Source: an uncultured Candidatus Poseidoniales archaeon (GTDB lineage Archaea; Thermoplasmatota; Poseidoniia; Poseidoniales; Poseidoniaceae). Taken from it: a DNA stretch of 64,000 bases. Where the stretch lies: assembly GCA_964526385.1 (NCBI GenBank), contig CAZGJD010000003.1:55225-119224 (forward strand), in the 5' to 3' direction. The translations under genes were made by a program, and so were the position numbers. The notes under the pieces are model-generated. The model had not been told where the DNA came from and did no database searches. It saw nothing but the letters and a program-made list of their open reading frames with translations. Shown one piece after another: positions 36,744-46,057 of this stretch (positions are counted from its first letter, which is position 1; each line of letters opens with the position of its first letter).

Positions 36744-37997
36744 ATGCTTTCGATGCCTTCCATAATAGAGAAGAAAAGAGATGGTATTGAACTTTCAAAT
36801 GAGGATTTCATATTTATTTGTGAAAAAATAGAAACTATTCCAAGAGAACAACTTGGCGCCTTTTTGATGGCTTGTCAAATTAATGGATTAACAAATAAAG
36901 AAACTACAAATTTGACTTTGGCTATGCTTAACTCAGGTGAAAAATTTCCAACAGAGACAAACCGTGTAGACAAGCATTCAACGGGCGGAGTAGGTGACAA
37001 GATGAGCATCATACTTGCACCCGCACTAAGAGCTTGTGGAGCAGTAGTTCCAATGTTAGCGGGAAGAGGTTTAGCACACACAGGAGGGACTATCGATAAG
37101 TTAGAATCAATCCCGGGATTCAACACGGGTCTCTTACTTGAAGAAATGGCAACAAATCCATGCTTCATTTCCAGACAAACTGAAGAGATTGCTCCAGCAG
37201 ACAAGATACTATATTCGATTCGGGATATAACGGGAACTGTACCTCAAATAGGTTTGATAACGGCTTCTATTATCTCAAAAAAAGCGGCTGAAGGGCTGGA
37301 AAATTTGGTCCTCGACGTTAAATGTGGCAAAGCCGCATTCATGAAAAACCATAATGACGCAAAAGCGCTTGCTAAATCTATGGTTGCTACCGGCAACTCT
37401 CTTGGAATGAAAGTGACTGCTCAAATCACTGAAATGAACAATCCAATTGGGAAAATGTTGGGAAATAGCCACGAAATTGTAGAGTGTATTCAATGCTTGA
37501 AAAATGAGGGACCTAATGACACGATGGAATTGGTTTATTCACAAGCCAACAGCCTAGGATACGACATCAGGGAGGTTATCAAAAATGGAAAGGCACTTGA
37601 TGAATTTAAATCAATGTGCATCCGACAAGGAGTTACACATGATACGGTTGAAAAATTGGTTTCTGATCCTTGGTCGGTTCTGAAAAGAAGCCCAATAAAA
37701 TCCGAGATTGTATCTAGCACCTCTGGTTTTTTGACCTCAATCGATGCTTATGAGGTAGGTATGATTCTTTGTGAATTAGGTGCGGGAAGGACCGGGTCCT
37801 CCCAGAAGATTAACCACGGGGTTGGGTGTAAACTCACCAAAAATATTGGAGATTTTGTTGAGCAGGGGGAAATACTGTTGGAACTTGATTCGGAATATGA
37901 AATTTCTGAGGATTTCCTCGAATCAATCCGTAGTGCCGTGATTATTTCTGATAAGGTTCCTGAAATCAAAAGCAGAATTATAGAAATTATATCCTAA
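36744..37997 (+). CDS. deoA: thymidine / pyrimidine-nucleoside phosphorylase
   Basis: N-terminus MLSMPSIIEKKRDGIELSNEDFIFI aligns with E. coli TP [25 protein letters not shown]. Signature DKHSTGGVGDKMSIILAPALRACGAVVPMLAGRGLAHTGGTIDKLESIPGF. About 418 aa, so the short TP/PyNP form rather than archaeal AMP phosphorylase. Track start at 36738 is GTG. Confidence 0.85.
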   Translation: MLSMPSIIEKKRDGIELSNEDFIFICEKIETIPREQLGAFLMACQINGLTNKETTNLTLAMLNSGEKFPTETNRVDKHSTGGVGDKMSIILAPALRACGAVVPMLAGRGLAHTGGTIDKLESIPGFNTGLLLEEMATNPCFISRQTEEIAPADKILYSIRDITGTVPQIGLITASIISKKAAEGLENLVLDVKCGKAAFMKNHNDAKALAKSMVATGNSLGMKVTAQITEMNNPIGKMLGNSHEIVECIQCLKNEGPNDTMELVYSQANSLGYDIREVIKNGKALDEFKSMCIRQGVTHDTVEKLVSDPWSVLKRSPIKSEIVSSTSGFLTSIDAYEVGMILCELGAGRTGSSQKINHGVGCKLTKNIGDFVEQGEILLELDSEYEISEDFLESIRSAVIISDKVPEIKSRIIEIIS

Positions 37998-38051
37998 TAA
38001 ATCCTTTTTACAATGGATGGTATCATATAGGAATTGCTTTTCGGGTGTCTT

Positions 38052-38124
38052 GCCGATTTAGCTTAGTTGGTGGAGCGTGGGACTGTTAATCCCAAGGTCA
38101 TGGGTTCGAGCCCCATAATCGGCG
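38052..38124 (+). tRNA. tRNA-Asn (anticodon GTT)
   Basis: GCCGATTTAGCTTAGTTGGTGGAGCGTGGGACTGTTAATCCCAAGGTCATGGGTTCGAGCCCCATAATCGGCG. Perfect 7-bp acceptor stem; anticodon stem TGGGA/TCCCA with loop CTGTTAA; T-arm ATGGG-TTCGAGC-CCCAT; discriminator G. Its D-arm is identical to that of the tRNA-Met gene. Confidence 0.9.
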
Positions 38125-38216
38125 TAATATATTACACCCAACTTGGAATCAATTGATATAATCTAGATTTTTTAATATAGAATGGTGTTAAATATTACCG
38201 TAATTTACTATAATAC

Positions 38217-38714
38217 ATGGACATTGCAATCGAGGCGGCAGTTCTTGCGGCTAAGACTTTGTTTAGCGCATATGGAGGATATTCCACTAAGAGTGCTATA
38301 GAAGATGACCAAAGTTTCAGAAACGAAATTGAACGTAGACTAAAGACAATCAAAAGGCATGTTGAGAATATCCAAACGACTGCACATGAAGAAAAAATGC
38401 GAGACGCTCGTGACATTAGCGAGAGTTTACTAAGCATAATCCACCAATCTATTGACGATACAAAAATGTCAATCAGCAAACAAGCACTTCACTCTATCAA
38501 TTCAAACCTCAATCGCAAGGCAAAAAAGAAGCTTGTTGAGCACGACCTCGAGACCCTTGAAAGATTGGTCAAGGTAACAAATCAGGTAAACGAAGTTCAG
38601 GAATTGATGTTTGATTCAGATGAGGGTGAAGTAAAGAAAAATCTTCGTTCTTTGAAACAAAATTTAACTGGAGCGAGAAATCATTTCTCGCATAGAAATG
38701 TGATACTGGAGTGA
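38217..38714 (+). CDS. small all-helical/coiled-coil protein of unknown function; first gene of a three-gene coupled operon
   Basis: 165 aa, no TM. Heptad-like charged sequence. AT-rich upstream region with TATA-like TTTAATATA / TTACTATAATA. Its stop lies 6 nt before the next start. Confidence 0.4.
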   Translation: MDIAIEAAVLAAKTLFSAYGGYSTKSAIEDDQSFRNEIERRLKTIKRHVENIQTTAHEEKMRDARDISESLLSIIHQSIDDTKMSISKQALHSINSNLNRKAKKKLVEHDLETLERLVKVTNQVNEVQELMFDSDEGEVKKNLRSLKQNLTGARNHFSHRNVILE

Positions 38715-38719
38715 GAAAA

Positions 38720-40060
38720 ATGAACTATAAATGGCGAACAAACCCGGCGGTAATTGCACAATATGTGATGGACAAACACGTACCCAATGGTAGCAAAATT
38801 GTTCTGAAACCAAATGAAGCATGTGTTGTACTTGAAGGAGGAAGAGTAGCAGGAATTGCTACACAAACAGAAATGGAAATCAACCCAAGATTAGGAGCAA
38901 TTTCAAGATTCTTTGGCAAACAGAATCCTTCACGCTCTTTCTTGTTTGTATTCCTTGGACCTCATGATGTCATGCTACCCCTAAATGGGAAGACAAGTGA
39001 TGGACAGCAAGTACAAGGAATGGGATTCATTCGAATCATGTTCGACCGTGAATCTTGCCCAAAGTTACTTCAAATGGCTGCTAAAGGAACAACTACTGTT
39101 ACATTGGCAGATATTTCTCGTAGTTTAATCCAAGAGGCGACAACCAAAATCAATCAGGACATTCTAAATTCTGTAACTTTGGAACAACTTAGATCCGATG
39201 TGAATGTTAGCAAGGATATCTCTTCCACATTGCAAATAGCATTGAGAAATACTGCGGCATCTTATGGATTTAGCATTTCATCCGCTTGGTCTAACTGGAT
39301 GGATACTGAAACTGAGAGGTTGGATAAAATGCAGGTTGACCTAGAAAATCTTGCTCGTAAGAACCACCTTATGGGAGAAAACGAGCAAGAGCACGCTGAC
39401 AAAGTTCTCTCCAGTCAAATTCGTAAATTCGAATTACTGCATAATCTACACGTTGCTGAACTAACTGCGGACGCAAAGAAAAATGCGGCCGCTGAGTTAG
39501 CGCAGATTGAAGCAAATATCGAAGTTGACAGGGCCAAGTGGAACCAAATTCGTGACCAAGAAGTAAGACAAGCAAATCACTCCGCAGAACTTCATGCGAT
39601 TAGAAGAGACGAGCAACTGGCTGAATCTTTGCACGCTATTGAACTTGCAAGAAATCAACTCGATGTAAAACAAATGGAAATCGACCAAAATTTTGCTAAT
39701 CAGGAACGACAACAACAAATGGCACAAGATAATGTCAAATTTGCACATGATCTTGAACAAGACAAACTTGATTCCAAGACAAATAGAGCAATGGACATGT
39801 TTGCTCAGGTGCAGGAAAACAAGCGAAAGAGAATGGAAATGGATGCAAACCGAGAGCAAGATAGACTGCAAACCCAATCTGATATGAGCAACAAAATGTT
39901 GGACACCTTAGCAAATATCGCTAGTTCAACTAACGATAGTCAAGTTGCAATCGAGGCGCTAAAACAACTTTCTGAACTGAGAAAATCAGACGTAAAAGCT
40001 TCATCTGATGCATATACAACTGAATCAGAAAAAAGTGGTGATGAAGACCCAAAAGTGTGA
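38720..40060 (+). CDS. SPFH/band-7 (flotillin-like) domain protein with a long C-terminal coiled coil, no TM segment
   Basis: N-terminal KIVLKPNEACVVLEGGRVAGI...TEMEINPRLGAI...NGKTSDGQQVQGMGFIRIMFDR parallels the flotillin/SPFH PNEALVVSGG...QRISLEIMTLQP...TKDN...VAQVKI pattern. The C-terminal ~250 aa have flotillin-like charged coiled-coil repeats (AELAQIEANIEVDRAKWNQIRDQE...). Track start 38711 is GTG; the ATG at 38720 is preceded by GGAGTGAG. Confidence 0.5.
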   Translation: MNYKWRTNPAVIAQYVMDKHVPNGSKIVLKPNEACVVLEGGRVAGIATQTEMEINPRLGAISRFFGKQNPSRSFLFVFLGPHDVMLPLNGKTSDGQQVQGMGFIRIMFDRESCPKLLQMAAKGTTTVTLADISRSLIQEATTKINQDILNSVTLEQLRSDVNVSKDISSTLQIALRNTAASYGFSISSAWSNWMDTETERLDKMQVDLENLARKNHLMGENEQEHADKVLSSQIRKFELLHNLHVAELTADAKKNAAAELAQIEANIEVDRAKWNQIRDQEVRQANHSAELHAIRRDEQLAESLHAIELARNQLDVKQMEIDQNFANQERQQQMAQDNVKFAHDLEQDKLDSKTNRAMDMFAQVQENKRKRMEMDANREQDRLQTQSDMSNKMLDTLANIASSTNDSQVAIEALKQLSELRKSDVKASSDAYTTESEKSGDEDPKV

Positions 40061-40686
40061 ACGAAAGTGAGGCTGCTGGTTCAGTCTCTCTTTCTGATAA
40101 CGTGATTAACGATAGCGTAATCAATATTTATTACGGGTCAAAAGAAGAGAATTTGACCGAAGAGGAAAAAATCAATGATTTCCGAAGAAGAATCAAAAAT
40201 TCTACTAAATCAAACAACATTGCTAGAGAATTGGATTCAATAGCTGTCGAGTTAAAAAAGCAAATTGCCGATTTATCACCCGATGGCTTGAACTCATCTT
40301 GCGTCCCATATCTCTCTCTTCTGGGATTGTGTAACTCTAGACGTGGAAAACTTAACGAAATGAAAGAAAATATCGAACAGGCTTTGAAAATTGACCCACA
40401 CGATGAACAAGCAAACTTGGTTTTTGGTGAACATTATTTCGACTTATATCAGCGCTTGACGAGTAAATCAGACCAGCAGGGCGCGATGAATATGGGTATT
40501 TTCCACTACAGGGATGTTTGGAATAATGCAGTCAATTTGGGGGCGAAAAACAATGCTGGCTATCATTTGTGTATCTTATTAGTAGAACGAGGCGACTTGA
40601 ATGAAGCCAGACAAATCAAAGAAGAAATATTAGCAAATATTTCAAATCCCGAAGGAAGAAAACGAATTGAATCAATAGACATTTGA
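40057..40686 (+). CDS. TPR-like helical repeat protein of unknown function
   Basis: GTG start overlapping the upstream TGA (GTGTGA). 209 aa. The C-terminal half has TPR-like helix pairs (ALKIDPHDEQANLVFGEHYFDLYQRL; GYHLCILLVERGDLNEARQIKEEIL). Confidence 0.4.
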   Translation: MNESEAAGSVSLSDNVINDSVINIYYGSKEENLTEEEKINDFRRRIKNSTKSNNIARELDSIAVELKKQIADLSPDGLNSSCVPYLSLLGLCNSRRGKLNEMKENIEQALKIDPHDEQANLVFGEHYFDLYQRLTSKSDQQGAMNMGIFHYRDVWNNAVNLGAKNNAGYHLCILLVERGDLNEARQIKEEILANISNPEGRKRIESIDI

Positions 40687-41490
40687 TCATAATTTTGCAA
40701 TCAACAAACTGCAATTATCTGTGCTCCCTCTATCCAGAGCATTCTGAACCATCAAGACTGGGATATTGTTGATACCTTCTACTAAAGAAGGAACTTCAAG
40801 GCCGTTTTCGGTGTGCAGTGGGCCCCAAACTCCATCACAACAAATTATGACGATACAATCCTTAGTTAGAGAAATTTCTTGGATTTGAGGTTTGCATTCA
40901 TTTTCACTTCCTAGGGACATTGTTAATACATTACTTCCGTGAGTTGATTCAACTTCGTGCAGTTTGATATATCCTGCTCTTACCATTTCTCCCGTCATCG
41001 AGTGGTCTTCACTTAACAAGTTCCATCCGTTTGCAGTAGAGTAATACATCCTTGAATCTCCAACGTGAACTAAATCAGACCACGCCACAGTACCATCTTT
41101 ACTCTTGAAAACTATTAGCGATGTTAGAGTTGAACCACTTTTTCCACCCTCGACTATGCCAACATATTCGACTGATTTGTTGGCTAATTGCACACATAAA
41201 TCCCAGGATTGTTTTCTTTGTTCAAAAATTGTACCTTGGGTGAAACCTCTTGAGATGTATTCCACAACGTCAGTAAAGGCGAGTCCTGCGTTTTCGCTGG
41301 CCTTTTCTCCGCTTGTCCCACCTCCCATTCCATCGAGAAGGCTATAGCAAAACAATACCCCGTCTTCTCTTTCAAAAGAGGTTGAAATTATGAAATCTTC
41401 ATCTTTTGGGCGTAGTCCGGTTACTGATTCAGCAAAGGTATTTGCCGTTGTGACCTTAACTCTATTATCCAAAATATCACCTATTGCCAA
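40687..41490 (-). CDS. PP2C-family (PPM) Ser/Thr protein phosphatase
   Basis: Metal-binding motifs LLDGMGGGTSGEKAS, CCDGVWGPL and the C-terminal GSTDNCSLLI. The TTG start at 41490 overlaps the 3' end of the upstream kinase gene by 10 nt. Confidence 0.8.
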   Translation of the reverse strand: MAIGDILDNRVKVTTANTFAESVTGLRPKDEDFIISTSFEREDGVLFCYSLLDGMGGGTSGEKASENAGLAFTDVVEYISRGFTQGTIFEQRKQSWDLCVQLANKSVEYVGIVEGGKSGSTLTSLIVFKSKDGTVAWSDLVHVGDSRMYYSTANGWNLLSEDHSMTGEMVRAGYIKLHEVESTHGSNVLTMSLGSENECKPQIQEISLTKDCIVIICCDGVWGPLHTENGLEVPSLVEGINNIPVLMVQNALDRGSTDNCSLLIAKL

Positions 41491-43820
41491 GTTGTATAGT
41501 CACTTGATGCTGAAGACTGGTTTGTCTGAATTTGACCACCTTGATTTCTTAAAATCTGCTGGAATTCTGAGACCGTTTGAATTCGTTGTTCGTTTCTTGG
41601 CCAAGCGGACCTAATCATCAAATCGGCTAACCAAACCGGAGAGCCTAAACTTATCATCTCATTCTTTTCCATTTCAGTAATTATAGTAGGAGGAACTTTG
41701 TACGTCATAAGGTAATACAAACACTTACCCAAACTGTAAACATCTGTGAAAGGACCTGAAACCCCAGAATCTCTTTCTGGAGCGGTCCAGGTTCCGCTTC
41801 CACCTCTTGTTACGCTGATGTCACTTCCAGTAGCAACTATTTTTGCAAGGCCGAAGTCGATTACAATCGGTCCTCGTTCAGGATGTACAATTATGTTATG
41901 AGGTTTCAAGTCTCTGTGATAAATTGGTTCTGGCAACGATGCCATGTAGATTAATGGCTCACAGGATTGATCTAACAATTCAATAATTCTCTCAAGTGGT
42001 ATAGTCGCATTCATCTTCTTACATTGTTCAACCGTTTCTTGTAATGAACCACCGGGAATGAATTCCTGAATCAAAACGGTTGTTTGTGCACCTTCTGGAC
42101 TATTCGAATATCCATGAGTGATGTATTTCGGTAGCCTCTCATGTGCCAACTGCGTTAGTAATTCGCATTCACCCAACATTTTCTGATTCGATACGCTGAA
42201 CGGATTAAATCGGTTGTGAGATTCCTTCCATGCAACTACCTGTCTAGTCGTAGTGTGCGTTGCTCTGTAAACGTCCGCCATACCTCCTTGAGCAATTAAT
42301 TCATGTCTGGTATATACAACCAAATTTGGGTCTGCATTAGCGCCAATTTTACTGCCTGAATTTGTTTGAGTGTTAGCGTATTGTGCAGTATTTGCTGCTG
42401 AGTAATTCGATGTGCTTGATATAGCGCCCTCCGATTGTAATAAACTGTAGGCATCATTCATGTCTTGCTGTGCACTTGCCGTCAAAGAACGACTCGGCTG
42501 ACCGGTTTGGAAATTAGTTGGCGTTTGTTGTTGATAGGCAGTCGATGGAGTACTTGCTACAGACTGTGTTTGGTTAACATAACTTGGGTAGGATACTGAA
42601 CCATAATCTTGCTGAGTATACTGATATTGCTGAGCTATGGGCTGTCCTTGTGTTGTAATAACTTGATTAGATTGGAATAAATTAGGCCTAGTTAGGTCTT
42701 GATGATTTTTTAATTTCTTAATTTCCGTGTAAAAATTATTATGATTTACAATAAATAAAATCCAAGTAAAGAACAATACACCAAACCCTATTACAATATT
42801 TGTAATATAATATTCATCATCACCATATAGACTATACCAACTACACCTCTCGTTTTCAGACCCGTAAGGAGTGTAATAATGTTCACAATCTACCCAAAGG
42901 TTCTCTATGAAAATAATATCCATAGATACACTTGCTATCATAATGATCAATATTAAACGTTGACCAAAGTTACCATATTCTACGGCCTTTAATTGATTTT
43001 TAGTGGTAATAAAAGGATAACAAGATACTGCTAAGAGTGCGACCAAGACGAATACTAATAAAATTTCATCGCCAAACAAAAGAGAAATCGGGAAAATACA
43101 TAAACAGTAAACGATCAACATTTTCCATCCTTGTAATAATCCCTTGAATGTGTTGTTTTCTTTGCTGTGAACAAGTCTAGTAAAAATCTGTTTTGTTATT
43201 ATATGTCTAATGATTAAAACAAACGCAACAATAAAAGCAAAAATTCCTAGCGTGATAAAACCAAACACAAAATTCGGATAGTAGTAAGCATATTCATACG
43301 CATTATAATCAGTAGAACTGAGTGTGAAAAAGGTAAAATTTAACCACCATATGAAAATCCATAATATAGCAACATTCAGGATTTTAATGGAAGTTGAATT
43401 GAAGTGAAATTCGATACCTTCTACTGAAGCATGCAGTAAAAGAAGCCTGCGGTGCTCTTCCATTGCAAACGGGATTATCATTAAATTGATTAGAGGAATA
43501 AAAGCCATTGCAAAGAGAAATTTTTGAAAATCCCCCCTCACACCTAATTTTACGAGATAATTCATCTTGTTTGAAAGTGAAATACAATACGCCATACCAA
43601 ACAAGTAGGATGGTATCATCCACCATCCGAAATTTCCTATAACCCAGAAGGTGATAAAAGCAAAAATTACAGTGTTAACCGGTAAGTGTACAATTCTTAA
43701 ACTATCCTTGATGTATGATGTTTCTCCCTGCTGAAACTGTTGAAGAGGGTAAGGCTTGATAACTTGGTTATTTGTCAAAATGGTCTGATGAGAGAACATT
43801 TGTTGACCTGCTGGAATCAT
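41481..43820 (-). CDS. Hanks-type Ser/Thr protein kinase with a ~370-aa N-terminal polytopic membrane domain and a Q/Y/T-rich linker
   Basis: Kinase subdomains LIAQGGMADVYRATH...VAWKE (G-loop/VAIK), HRDLKPHNIIV (catalytic loop), DFGLAKI, GTWTAPE. The N-terminal half has at least 9 TM helices. The track start at 43829 is TTG (checked); the ATG at 43820 is preferred. Confidence 0.85.
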   Translation of the reverse strand: MIPAGQQMFSHQTILTNNQVIKPYPLQQFQQGETSYIKDSLRIVHLPVNTVIFAFITFWVIGNFGWWMIPSYLFGMAYCISLSNKMNYLVKLGVRGDFQKFLFAMAFIPLINLMIIPFAMEEHRRLLLLHASVEGIEFHFNSTSIKILNVAILWIFIWWLNFTFFTLSSTDYNAYEYAYYYPNFVFGFITLGIFAFIVAFVLIIRHIITKQIFTRLVHSKENNTFKGLLQGWKMLIVYCLCIFPISLLFGDEILLVFVLVALLAVSCYPFITTKNQLKAVEYGNFGQRLILIIMIASVSMDIIFIENLWVDCEHYYTPYGSENERCSWYSLYGDDEYYITNIVIGFGVLFFTWILFIVNHNNFYTEIKKLKNHQDLTRPNLFQSNQVITTQGQPIAQQYQYTQQDYGSVSYPSYVNQTQSVASTPSTAYQQQTPTNFQTGQPSRSLTASAQQDMNDAYSLLQSEGAISSTSNYSAANTAQYANTQTNSGSKIGANADPNLVVYTRHELIAQGGMADVYRATHTTTRQVVAWKESHNRFNPFSVSNQKMLGECELLTQLAHERLPKYITHGYSNSPEGAQTTVLIQEFIPGGSLQETVEQCKKMNATIPLERIIELLDQSCEPLIYMASLPEPIYHRDLKPHNIIVHPERGPIVIDFGLAKIVATGSDISVTRGGSGTWTAPERDSGVSGPFTDVYSLGKCLYYLMTYKVPPTIITEMEKNEMISLGSPVWLADLMIRSAWPRNEQRIQTVSEFQQILRNQGGQIQTNQSSASSDYTTWQ
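41700..41935 (-). repeat. near-identical nucleotide segment shared by the two kinase paralogs (copy 1)
   Basis: 41701-41935 and 44101-44335 align at about 90% nucleotide identity, including a perfect 46-mer (TACAAACACTTACCCAAACTGTAAACATCTGTGAAAGGACCTGAAA). Confidence 0.7.
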
Positions 43821-43877
43821 GTCCCTCAATCTATGCTAACCCTCTATCACATAAATTGATTTCCGACATTATGCCTA

Positions 43878-46007
43878 TCAAGACCAAGTGGTAAAGTCAC
43901 CTGAAGATATACTTTGACTCCTGTCAAATGAAAGATTACCCTTCGAATGCAATATTTCATTGAAATGACGCACGGTCTGTATTCTTTGGTCATGAACTGG
44001 CCAAGCTGCGTTCAGCATCAAATCAGCTAACCAATCTGGTGCGCCATTTTGAATCATTTCTTGTTTTTCTCTATCGGTTACAATCGTTGGAGGAACTTTG
44101 TATGTTATCAGGTAATACAAACACTTACCCAAACTGTAAACATCTGTGAAAGGACCTGAAATTCCTGAATCCCTTTCTGGAGCGGTCCAGGTTCCACTTC
44201 CTCCTCTTGTTACGCTGATGTCACTTCCAGTAGAAACTATTTTTGCCAATCCGAAATCGATCAGTACCGGGCCTCTGTCAGGATGAACGATTATGTTATG
44301 AGGTTTCAAGTCTCTGTGGTAAATTGGTTCATCCAGGGTGGCCATGTAAATTAGTGGCTCACAGGTTTTACCTAGCAGATCTATAATCCTGTCTTGTGGG
44401 ATTATAGCACCCATTTTTCTACACTGTTCGATTGTTTCTTGAAGGGAACCTCCTTCGATGAACTCCTCAATGAGTACGAACTTTTCTTGACCAAAGTCTG
44501 CTGAAACAGAACCCCTTGCTATGTATTTTGGAAGCCGTGGATGTTCTAAAAATTCGAGAAGTTCACATTCTCCGTCGATTTTCATATTCGATACATTAAG
44601 TGGATTAAAATCACCATGGGCTTCTTTCCATACAACTTGATTTCTCGTTGTTTTATTTATTGCCGCATAGACATTAGCCATTCCGCCTTTTGCAATAAGT
44701 TCCTGCTTCTCATACACCGATAAACCATCTGTCAAATCTTTGATGGGATTGGTGTTTGTGTTATCGTTTCTTGTAGGATTTAAATCCTTCAATTCCGGCG
44801 CCTCAATGCGTGGTGTGGAAATAGAGTTGACGGCCGAATTGATTAGGCTGTTAGATTCTGTTTGGATATTATTTGACTCGTCTTTTGTATCCATGCCATT
44901 TGCTACTAGCAACTTCTGATGTTGTAAGTCTAAATTTCTATGAGTATTTGCAATTGCGATTAAAACACACAATAGCAAAGCACTGTGAATTAAAATTATT
45001 ATCAGTTCAAGATCTGAAATTTGAAAATCAAGTTCTGAACTTGCCTGATATGTATAGTAGCCCTTCCATTCATAAACATATAATGGCGTAAAAAATAGAA
45101 TAATTACCAAAAACAATAACTTGAGACTAAAATCCATTAAATTGCTATTTGAATAAACTCTGGAGAAATTTTTTGTGAAGTACAAGTAAATTAAAACCGA
45201 TGTCTCAGAGAGGAAATATGCATATACAATACTGGTTAATTGTGATTGCATCATATTTTCGATATTAAATAAATCTGGCATAATTATGTAGTAAAATGTA
45301 AACAATGCAGTAAACAATGTAAAAACAAACAAGTCAATTGAAGAACTAACCTCCTCACCATGTTCAAACCATGATGCTGTCTGCTGTTGAATAACAAAAT
45401 GAATAAGTATTGAAAAAGATATTAATAAAATCCCAAAAATGGTCGAAAGGTTGGATTCTCCAATCTCTTCTTGATACCAATCTAAATTTACAGATAAAAT
45501 TAAAGCAATAAAAGTAGACAAAACTAGAACGTAATTTAATGCTGTAATCCAATTCCTACCGAAATTGAAATCCAATTCTTCAGCAGAGCAATGCAGATGA
45601 ATTAGCCTTCTATACTCGTCATAAGCAAATGGTATAATTAATAAATTCATTAGGGGTATGAATGCTATCCACTTCAAAGAATCTTTGAGATACCGTCTAT
45701 CAGGCATTATAGCTAATTTATCAAATCTGTAATATATTGATAATGCCAAAACCAATCCAAAAATATACGCTGATATGTAAAAAAACCAAAAAAATCCAAC
45801 CAAAATCGTTGATAGAAATACAAAGGTAGGCGTATCAATGAACTTATCTTGTTGCTTAAATGAGTTTTTGATAGACGTAATTTCCAATTCTGTGAATTGA
45901 GCTAGGTCATAATTTGTAAAAACAGAAGATTTGGAATCCGATAACGATTCCCCTCTCCCTTCGATGTAGGAAAAACGATTTGCTTCCATGTAAATTCCTC
46001 TAATCAT
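43878..46007 (-). CDS. paralogous Hanks-type Ser/Thr protein kinase with an N-terminal polytopic membrane domain
   Basis: The kinase domain is about 85-90% identical to the upstream kinase at the protein level (HRDLKPHNIIVHPDRGPVLIDFGLAKIVSTGSDISVTRGGSGTWTAPERDSG). The membrane domain shares the motif IAFIPLMNLLIIPFAYDEYRRLIHLHCSAEELDFNF (kinase 1: AFIPLINLMIIPFAMEEHRRLLLLHASVEGIEFHF). Confidence 0.85.
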   Translation of the reverse strand: MIRGIYMEANRFSYIEGRGESLSDSKSSVFTNYDLAQFTELEITSIKNSFKQQDKFIDTPTFVFLSTILVGFFWFFYISAYIFGLVLALSIYYRFDKLAIMPDRRYLKDSLKWIAFIPLMNLLIIPFAYDEYRRLIHLHCSAEELDFNFGRNWITALNYVLVLSTFIALILSVNLDWYQEEIGESNLSTIFGILLISFSILIHFVIQQQTASWFEHGEEVSSSIDLFVFTLFTALFTFYYIIMPDLFNIENMMQSQLTSIVYAYFLSETSVLIYLYFTKNFSRVYSNSNLMDFSLKLLFLVIILFFTPLYVYEWKGYYTYQASSELDFQISDLELIIILIHSALLLCVLIAIANTHRNLDLQHQKLLVANGMDTKDESNNIQTESNSLINSAVNSISTPRIEAPELKDLNPTRNDNTNTNPIKDLTDGLSVYEKQELIAKGGMANVYAAINKTTRNQVVWKEAHGDFNPLNVSNMKIDGECELLEFLEHPRLPKYIARGSVSADFGQEKFVLIEEFIEGGSLQETIEQCRKMGAIIPQDRIIDLLGKTCEPLIYMATLDEPIYHRDLKPHNIIVHPDRGPVLIDFGLAKIVSTGSDISVTRGGSGTWTAPERDSGISGPFTDVYSLGKCLYYLITYKVPPTIVTDREKQEMIQNGAPDWLADLMLNAAWPVHDQRIQTVRHFNEILHSKGNLSFDRSQSISSGDFTTWS
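44100..44335 (-). repeat. near-identical nucleotide segment shared by the two kinase paralogs (copy 2)
   Basis: See copy 1. This is the catalytic-loop to activation-loop coding region of the second kinase. Confidence 0.7.
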
Positions 46008-46057
46008 AACCTATACATCATCCATTTAAAAGAATAGAAGATAAAATCATGTTTCGA

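Noticed and set aside
36744-37997. Alternative call as archaeal AMP phosphorylase (DeoA-like type III RuBisCO pathway)
   Set aside because: At ~418 aa the protein lacks the ~80-aa N-terminal extension of archaeal AMP phosphorylases. It aligns from residue 1 with E. coli thymidine phosphorylase. No type III RuBisCO or R15P isomerase is adjacent.
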